From Acidimicrobiales bacterium (GTDB lineage Bacteria; Actinomycetota; Acidimicrobiia; Acidimicrobiales; JAUJNH01), in assembly GCA_038255915.1 (NCBI GenBank), contig JBBSKY010000003.1:10577-74576 (forward strand): a stretch of 64,000 nucleotides of DNA. Reading direction: 5' to 3'. The notes beneath the pieces were generated by a model. The model saw nothing but the letters and a program-made list of their open reading frames with translations. It searched no databases and was not told the origin of the DNA. Positions 58,513 to 64,000 of this stretch are shown here, piece by piece. The translations under genes were made by a program, and so were the position numbers. Numbering within the stretch: position 1 is the stretch's first letter; each line of letters opens with the position of its first letter.

Positions 58513-60309
58513 TCAGCCCGCCTCGTCGGCCAGGCGGGCGAGCTCCTCGTCGATGACCGACGGCTCGAGCTTGGCGAAGACGGGGGTGGGCGGGCTGAGC
58601 GGGGTGCCGGGCACGATCGGCACCCGGCCCCAGGTGGCCGACGCCGCCGCGTGGTCGCCGGTGAGGATGGGGTAGGACGGGCCGCCCTCCTCGTCGGCCT
58701 CGACCAGCTCGGGCATCGACGACCAGGTCCCCTGGCCGCCCAGCTGCTCGTGCACCTTCTGGGCCGAGTGGGGCAGGAACGGGGTGAGCAGGGCCTTGGC
58801 GTCGTCGACCACCTGCAGGGCCACGTGCAGCACCGTGGCCATGCGGGCCGGCTCCGCGGTGCGCAGCTTCCACGGCTCGGTGTCGGAGAGGTACTTGTTG
58901 GCCGCGAAGACAACCTCCATGGCCTTCGCGATGGCGGCCTTCTGGCGGCTCTTGGCCAACAGGGCGCCGACCTCGTCGAAGGCGGCCTCGGCGGTGGCCA
59001 GCACGGCGTGGTCGATGTCGGAAAGGTCGCCGGGCTCGGGGATGGCGCCCAGGTTCTTGGCCGTCATCGCCACCGTGCGGTTGACCAGGTTCCCCCAGGC
59101 CGCCACCAGCTCCTCGTTGTTGCGGCGCACGAACTCGGACCAGGTGAAGTCGGTGTCCTGGTTCTCGGGCCCAGCGATGGCCAGGTGGTAGCGCAGCGGG
59201 TCGGGCCCGTAGCGGGCCAGCACGTCGCGCACGTAGATGACCACGCCCTTGGACGAGCTGAACTTGCGGCCCTCCATGGTGAGGAACTCACTGGAGACCA
59301 CCTCGGTGGGCAGGCCCAGCTCGCCCAGCCGGCCGGGGCTGCCGCCCCGGCTTCCGTGGCCGCCGTAGCCGAGCAGCAGCGACGGCCAGATGACCGTGTG
59401 GAACACAACGTTGTCCTTGCCCATGAAGTAGTAGGCGCTGGCCTCGGGGTCCTGCCAGAACGCCCGCCAGGCGTCGGGCTCGCCCTTGCGCCGCGCCCAC
59501 TCGATCGACGCCGACAGGTAGCCGATCACCGCGTCGAACCACACGTAGAGGCGCTTGCCGGGCTGCTCACGCCAGCCGTCGAGCGGGATCGGGACGCCCC
59601 AGTCGATGTCGCGGCTGATGGCCCGGGGCCTGAGGTCGGGCAGCAAGTTGGAGGAGAAGGCCAGGACGTTCGGGCGCCAGTCGACCCGGCTCGCCAGCCA
59701 TCCGCCGAGCGCGTCGGAAAAGGCGGGCAGGTCAAGGAACAGGTGCTCGGTCTCGACGAACACCGGCACCTCACCGTTGATCTTCGACCGGGGGTTGATC
59801 AGGTCGGCGGGGTCGAGCTGGCGGCCGCAGCTGTCGCACTGGTCGCCCCGGGCCCCGTCGTAGCCGCAGTGGGGGCAGGTTCCCTCGATGTAGCGGTCGG
59901 GCAGGGTGCGGCCGGTAGAGGGCGAGATGGCGCCCTTGGTGGGCCGGGCCTGGATGTAGCCGTTGCGGTGCAGGCCGGAGAACAGCTCCTGCACCACCGC
60001 CTCGTGGTTGCGGGTGGTGGTGCGGGTGAACAGGTCGTAGGACAGGCCCAGCCCCTGCAGGTCCTCGGCGATCACCCGGTTGTAGCGGTCGGCCAGCTCC
60101 CGGGGGCCGACACCCTCCTGGTCGGCCTGCACCAGGATCGGGGTGCCGTGCTCGTCGGTGCCGCTGACCATGAGCACCTCGTCGCCGGCCATCCGATGGT
60201 ACCGGCTGAACACGTCGGACGGCACCCCGAAGCCGGCGACGTGGCCGATGTGGCGGGGCCCGTTGGCGTAGGGCCAGGCCACGGCCGTGAGGATGCGCCT
60301 GGAGGCCAT
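58513..60309 (-). CDS. metG: Methionine--tRNA ligase
   Basis: 598 aa. [11 protein letters not shown], the zinc knuckle CPHCG...CDSCG, and KFSSSKG. Confidence 0.95.
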   Translation of the reverse strand: MASRRILTAVAWPYANGPRHIGHVAGFGVPSDVFSRYHRMAGDEVLMVSGTDEHGTPILVQADQEGVGPRELADRYNRVIAEDLQGLGLSYDLFTRTTTRNHEAVVQELFSGLHRNGYIQARPTKGAISPSTGRTLPDRYIEGTCPHCGYDGARGDQCDSCGRQLDPADLINPRSKINGEVPVFVETEHLFLDLPAFSDALGGWLASRVDWRPNVLAFSSNLLPDLRPRAISRDIDWGVPIPLDGWREQPGKRLYVWFDAVIGYLSASIEWARRKGEPDAWRAFWQDPEASAYYFMGKDNVVFHTVIWPSLLLGYGGHGSRGGSPGRLGELGLPTEVVSSEFLTMEGRKFSSSKGVVIYVRDVLARYGPDPLRYHLAIAGPENQDTDFTWSEFVRRNNEELVAAWGNLVNRTVAMTAKNLGAIPEPGDLSDIDHAVLATAEAAFDEVGALLAKSRQKAAIAKAMEVVFAANKYLSDTEPWKLRTAEPARMATVLHVALQVVDDAKALLTPFLPHSAQKVHEQLGGQGTWSSMPELVEADEEGGPSYPILTGDHAAASATWGRVPIVPGTPLSPPTPVFAKLEPSVIDEELARLADEAG

Positions 60310-60318
60310 CGCCCGACC

Positions 60319-61173
60319 CTAGCGACGGCGTTCGGAAGGCTCCGCCCGGGTGGCGGCGTAAACCCGGTTGCGGGGCACCCCGAGGCGTTCGGCCACCTCT
60401 CTGGCGGTGTCACGAGCCGAGAGGCCGGCGGCGCGCGCCTCGGCCACCGCGGCGGCGACCTCCTCATCCCCCACCTCGGGCGGCGGAGCGCCGCCGACGA
60501 CCACGACGTGCTCGCCACGGGGAGGCTGCCCCACAGCCCGCTGGGCGGCGGCGCCGAGCGTGCCCCGCCACACCTCCTCGTGCAGCTTGGTCAGCTCGCG
60601 GGCCAACGAGCACGGCCGGTCGGGCCCGCAGGCCTCGGCCAGCTCGGCCAGGGTGGCCGCCAGGCGGTGGGGGGCCTCGAACAGCACGGTGGTGCGCTCC
60701 TCTACGGCCACGACGGCCAGGCGCCGCCCCCGCTCGGAGCCCTTGCGGGGTAGGAACCCCTCGAAGCAGAAGCGATCGGTGGGCAGGCCCGAGACCACCA
60801 GCCCCGCCACCGCCGCCGACGGCCCCGGCACCACCTCGACGATGTGGCCGGCGTCGGCCGCGGCCCGCACCAGCCGTTCGCCGGGATCGGAGATGCCCGG
60901 CAGCCCGGCGTCGGTGACCACGGCCACGACCTTCCCCTCGTCTAGCCAGTGGATCACCTTCACCGCCTGCTCCTGCTCGTTGTGCTCGTGCACCGCCACC
61001 AGCCGCTCGGCCCGCACCCCGGCGTGGGTCAGCAGCCGGCGGCTGTGCCGGGTGTCCTCACAGCAGATGACGTCAGCTCGGGTCAGCACCTGGACCGCTC
61101 GCGGGGTGAGGTCACCCAGGTTCCCGATGGGAGTGCCCACCAGCACCAGCCGCGGGGAGCCGCCGTCTCTCAT
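60319..61173 (-). CDS. rsmI: 16S rRNA (cytidine1402-2'-O)-methyltransferase
   Basis: LVLVGTPIGNLGDLT.RA, CCEDTRHSRRLL, SDPG, and FEAPHR. Coordinates are from the ORF track; my manual base count near 61140-61260 disagreed locally by 1 nt. Confidence 0.92.
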   Translation of the reverse strand: MRDGGSPRLVLVGTPIGNLGDLTPRAVQVLTRADVICCEDTRHSRRLLTHAGVRAERLVAVHEHNEQEQAVKVIHWLDEGKVVAVVTDAGLPGISDPGERLVRAAADAGHIVEVVPGPSAAVAGLVVSGLPTDRFCFEGFLPRKGSERGRRLAVVAVEERTTVLFEAPHRLAATLAELAEACGPDRPCSLARELTKLHEEVWRGTLGAAAQRAVGQPPRGEHVVVVGGAPPPEVGDEEVAAAVAEARAAGLSARDTAREVAERLGVPRNRVYAATRAEPSERRR

Positions 61174-61499
61174 CGGACCTCGAGGACGTCGCCGGAGGCG
61201 AGGTTCCAGCGGGCGAAGGTGCCGGCCTCGGCCTCGACGATCTGGTGGGCGCGCCAGCGGGCCCGGCCCAGGCGCCAGCGCCGCATCGGGGTGACGAGGG
61301 CGACCACCCGGCCCCGCCGGTCGAGGAAGGCGACGTCGATGGCGAAGCGCATGCCGAGGGTGTGGACGCTGCGGCAGCCGGTCAGGAGCAGCGCCCCCTC
61401 GATCCCGTCGCGCCCGAGGAGGCCCTTCAGCCGGGTCGCCGGATCGTCCGCCACCTCGACCGGGCCCAGAACCTCCTCACCCCGCACCAGCGACGCCAC
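61170..61499 (-). CDS. DUF192-like protein
   Basis: 109 aa. TRLKGLLGR...GALLLTGCRSVHTLGMRFAIDVAFLD...V is the DUF192 pattern as I remember it. Its stop overlaps the rsmI start. Confidence 0.7.
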   Translation of the reverse strand: MASLVRGEEVLGPVEVADDPATRLKGLLGRDGIEGALLLTGCRSVHTLGMRFAIDVAFLDRRGRVVALVTPMRRWRLGRARWRAHQIVEAEAGTFARWNLASGDVLEVR

Positions 61500-61538
61500 G
61501 GCTGGACGCTAACCGCCGCCCACCGGGCACCCCCGGGC

Positions 61539-61585
61539 TTCTGCCGGGAGCACGTGTCGCTGGAACACCGGTACTCCCGGCAGAA
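61539..61585 (-). repeat. 47-nt imperfect palindromic element, copy 3
   Basis: Plus strand reads ttctgccgggagcacgtgtcgctggaacaccggtactcccggcagaa, with perfect 12-nt arms TTCTGCCGGGAG / CTCCCGGCAGAA. Confidence 0.7.
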
Positions 61586-61604
61586 CGGTGGGGAGGATGG
61601 TGCG

Positions 61605-62954
61605 ATGCCGACCATCGTGCTCTGGTTCCGGCGCGACCTCCGTCTGGCCGACCATCCGGCCCTGATCGAGGCGGCGGCGGGGGGTGGCGCCGTGGTCGCC
61701 CTGTTCGTGGCCGACCCCCGACTCCGGGGCCCGTCGGGCGCACCTCGTCTGGCCTTTCTGTCCCGGTGCCTGGAGGCGCTGGACGCTTCGACCGGCGGCC
61801 ACCTCGTGGTGCGGGCCGGTGATCCCGCCGGGGCGGTCGCCACCGTGGCCGCCGAGGCGGACGCCGAGGCGGTGCACGTCACCGCCGACTTCGGCCCCTA
61901 CGGCACCGAACGCGATGACGGGGTGGAGCGGGTCCTGGCTGCCGCCGGGCGCCGGCTGGTGCGGGTCGCCTCGCCCTATACCGCCGACCCGGGCACCGTG
62001 CGCAAGGGCGACGGCGAGCCCTTCCAGGTGTTCACCCCGTTCTACCGGGCCTGGAGGGCCCAGGGCTGGCCGGCTCCCCTGCCGGCCCCAGGCGAGGTGG
62101 TGTGGGCCGAGGGCCTGCGCTCCGACGGCGTGCCCGAGGCGCCGGCCACCACCGCCTCGCTGCCGGCGGCCGGTGAGGCGGCCGCCCTCGAGCGGCTCGA
62201 AGCCTTCCTGGCCGGCCCCGCCCCGAACTACGACACCCGCCGCGACCAGCCGGCCGCCGACGCCACGACCCGGCTCTCCCCCTACCTCAAGTACGGCTGC
62301 ATCCACCCCCGCCAGATCCTCGACCGGCTCGATCGGTCCAAGCCCCACGAGAAGCTGCGCAGCGAGCTGGCATGGCGCGACTTCTACGCCGACGTCCTGT
62401 GGCACCAGCCGGCCACGGCCCGCCGGTCGCTGCAGCCCCGCATGGCCACCATGGCGGTCGACGCCGGCCGGCGGGCCGACGAGCGCTTCGAGGCCTGGGC
62501 GGCCGGCGGCACCGGCTATCCGCTGGTCGACGCCGGCATGCGCCAGCTGGCCGCCGAGGCGTGGATGCCCAACCGGGTCCGCATGGTGGCCGCCAGCTTC
62601 CTGGTCAAGGACCTGCACCTCGACTGGACGCGCGGTGCCCGCTTCTTCCTGCAGCACCTGGTGGACGGCGACCTCGCCTCGAACAACCACGGCTGGCAGT
62701 GGGTGGCCGGAACCGGCACCGACCCGGCGCCCTACTTCCGGATCTTCAACCCGACCACCCAGGCGAGGGAGCACGACGCCGACGGGACCTACATCCGACG
62801 CTGGGTGCCCGAGCTGGCCGGCCTGTCACCGCCCCGAGTGTTCGAGCCGTGGAAGGTCCCCGGCGGTCCCCCGGGCGGCTACCCGACCCCGATCGTCGAC
62901 CACGCCGCCGAGCGGGCCGACGCCCTTGGTCGCTACGCCGAGACCCGCGCCTGA
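61605..62954 (+). CDS. phr: Deoxyribodipyrimidine photolyase (class I CPD-type)
   Basis: ATG at 61605 with GGGGAGG upstream. VLWFRRDLRLADHPAL, TRLSPYLKYG, LAWRDFY, GYPLVDAGMRQL...GWMPNRVRM, and NNHGWQWVAGTG.D..PYFRIFNP. Confidence 0.93.
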   Translation: MPTIVLWFRRDLRLADHPALIEAAAGGGAVVALFVADPRLRGPSGAPRLAFLSRCLEALDASTGGHLVVRAGDPAGAVATVAAEADAEAVHVTADFGPYGTERDDGVERVLAAAGRRLVRVASPYTADPGTVRKGDGEPFQVFTPFYRAWRAQGWPAPLPAPGEVVWAEGLRSDGVPEAPATTASLPAAGEAAALERLEAFLAGPAPNYDTRRDQPAADATTRLSPYLKYGCIHPRQILDRLDRSKPHEKLRSELAWRDFYADVLWHQPATARRSLQPRMATMAVDAGRRADERFEAWAAGGTGYPLVDAGMRQLAAEAWMPNRVRMVAASFLVKDLHLDWTRGARFFLQHLVDGDLASNNHGWQWVAGTGTDPAPYFRIFNPTTQAREHDADGTYIRRWVPELAGLSPPRVFEPWKVPGGPPGGYPTPIVDHAAERADALGRYAETRA

Positions 62955-62976
62955 CCACCTCCTCCGACCCCCCGGC

Positions 62977-63645
62977 TCAGCCCGGGCCGGGGCCCTCCTC
63001 CGGGGGACGCTGCAGGTAGGCCAGGACGGCCAGGACCCGGCGGTGGTCGTCAGGCTCCTGGAGGAGGCCCAGCTTGGTGAACACGTTGCGGACGTGGGAG
63101 TCGACGGTCTTGGCGTTGAGGAAGAGGCGGGCGCTGATGGCCTGGTTGGAGCGTCCCTCGGCCATGAGGCCCAGCACCTCGCGCTCCCGGGCCGACAGGG
63201 CCTCGAGCGGGCTGCGGCGACGGGGCCGCCCCAGGAGCCGGCTGACCACCTCCGGGTCGATGGCCGAGCCGCCGTTGGCGACCCGTCGGACGGCCTCGGC
63301 GAAGTCGTGCACGTCGCCGACCCGCTCCTTCAGCAGGTAGCCGACGCCCCTCCCGCCCTGCAGCAGCTCGACGGCGTAGCGGGACTCGAGGTGCTGAGAT
63401 AAGACCAGCACCCCCATCGCCGGGTGGCGGCGCCGGATCTCGTGGGCGGCGCGGAGGCCCTCGACGGTGTGGGTCGGCGGCATCCGGATGTCGACCACGG
63501 CGACGTCGGGCCGCTCGTGCTCCACGGCGGCGAGCAGCGCCTCGGCGTCGCCGACCTGGGCCACCACCTCGAAGCCCTCGGCGGTCAGCAGCCCGGCCAC
63601 GCCCTCGCGCAGCAGGACCGAGTCGTCGGCCAGCACTACCCGCAC
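62977..63645 (-). CDS. NarL/FixJ (LuxR-type) response regulator
   Basis: GTG at 63645 (alternative at 63636). [18 protein letters not shown], and the C-terminal [39 protein letters not shown]. Confidence 0.88.
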   Translation of the reverse strand: MRVVLADDSVLLREGVAGLLTAEGFEVVAQVGDAEALLAAVEHERPDVAVVDIRMPPTHTVEGLRAAHEIRRRHPAMGVLVLSQHLESRYAVELLQGGRGVGYLLKERVGDVHDFAEAVRRVANGGSAIDPEVVSRLLGRPRRRSPLEALSAREREVLGLMAEGRSNQAISARLFLNAKTVDSHVRNVFTKLGLLQEPDDHRRVLAVLAYLQRPPEEGPGPG

Positions 63646-64000
63646 GGAAGCTCCACCCTCAGGCGGGTCCCGCCGCCGTCGCCGCACCCGACCTCGATCT
63701 GCCCGTCCAGCGCCGCCACCCGGTCGGTCAGGCCCTCCAGCCCCGAACCGGGCCGGGTCGCCGCCCCGCCCACCCCGTCGTCGCAGACCTCTACGTGCAG
63801 CCGGTCGTCGCGCCGGTCGATGTGCACCTCGACCACCGAAGCCTGGGCGTGCTTGGCCACGTTGGCCAGCGCCTCGGAGACCACGAAGTAGGCGGCCGAT
63901 TCCACCGGGGCGGGCAGCCGCCCCTCGACGGTGACGGCAACAACGACGGGGACCGCCGACAGCTCGGCCAGCGACTCCACCGCCGCAGCCAGCCCTTCCT
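63636..64000 (-). CDS. Sensor histidine kinase, C-terminal HATPase domain only (N-terminus beyond window)
   Basis: [19 protein letters not shown] (N-box), DDGVGGA, and [16 protein letters not shown]. The frame is open to the window edge. Confidence 0.8.
   Translation of the reverse strand, partial: EGLAAAVESLAELSAVPVVVAVTVEGRLPAPVESAAYFVVSEALANVAKHAQASVVEVHIDRRDDRLHVEVCDDGVGGAATRPGSGLEGLTDRVAALDGQIEVGCGDGGGTRLRVELPCG

Noticed and set aside
61140-61260. Apparent frameshifts in rsmI and DUF192 when I hand-counted bases (one extra c near 61141, one missing g near 61260)
   Set aside because: The two discrepancies cancel out, and the provided ORF track gives uninterrupted proteins with full-length family motifs. 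I attribute this to my own reading error rather than to real frameshifts, and I used the track coordinates.

Overview
This is a visibly GC-rich chromosomal window from an Actinomycetota genome. The hallmarks are the bS22 mini-protein, an Rpf domain, DUF3039, furA-katG and an NnaR-type regulator. I support about 60 protein genes and one tRNA (tRNA-Gln, not in the ORF track). I saw no rRNA and no CRISPR. Many long ORFs in the track are antisense or out-of-frame shadows typical of high-GC DNA, so several true starts had to be moved inward. The backbone is housekeeping and matches, from memory, the mycobacterial block metG-tatD-rpf-rsmA-ispE ... pth-rplY-prs-glmU ... mfd-mazG. It also carries cysS, valS, a DEAD-box helicase, a MacB-type ABC exporter, furA-katG, and a nitrate/nitrite assimilation cluster (nnaR divergent from narK-nirB-nirD-FeS/membrane protein-nasA-like). 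Seven accessory or unusual parts stand out. (1) At the left edge, a mau-like cassette (MauE-like membrane protein and a thioredoxin-like protein) sits upstream of a Tat-signal protein. That protein joins a 20-cysteine domain to tandem 42-aa propeller-like repeats and is cut by the window edge. (2) A RES/Xre toxin-antitoxin pair lies after katG. (3) A ~4.6-kb integrase/excisionase element is inserted into the 3' end of an acyl-CoA dehydrogenase gene. It is flanked by an 87-nt imperfect direct repeat that re-encodes the gene's C-terminus, has repeated short motifs on both arms, and carries a tetR-orf142-orf92 cargo operon of unknown function. (4) Three copies of a conserved 47-48-nt imperfect palindrome occur: inside nirB/nirD, downstream of an ECF sigma/anti-sigma operon, and in the DUF192/photolyase divergent region. 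(5) A decaying, more AT-rich islet contains a DUF4265-like gene. (6) The glmU homologue lacks the C-terminal acetyltransferase part. (7) The conserved N-terminus of pth can only be translated from a non-canonical (CTG) start. All family assignments come from motif recognition by eye, with no database search, and self-derived coordinates may be off by a base or two.
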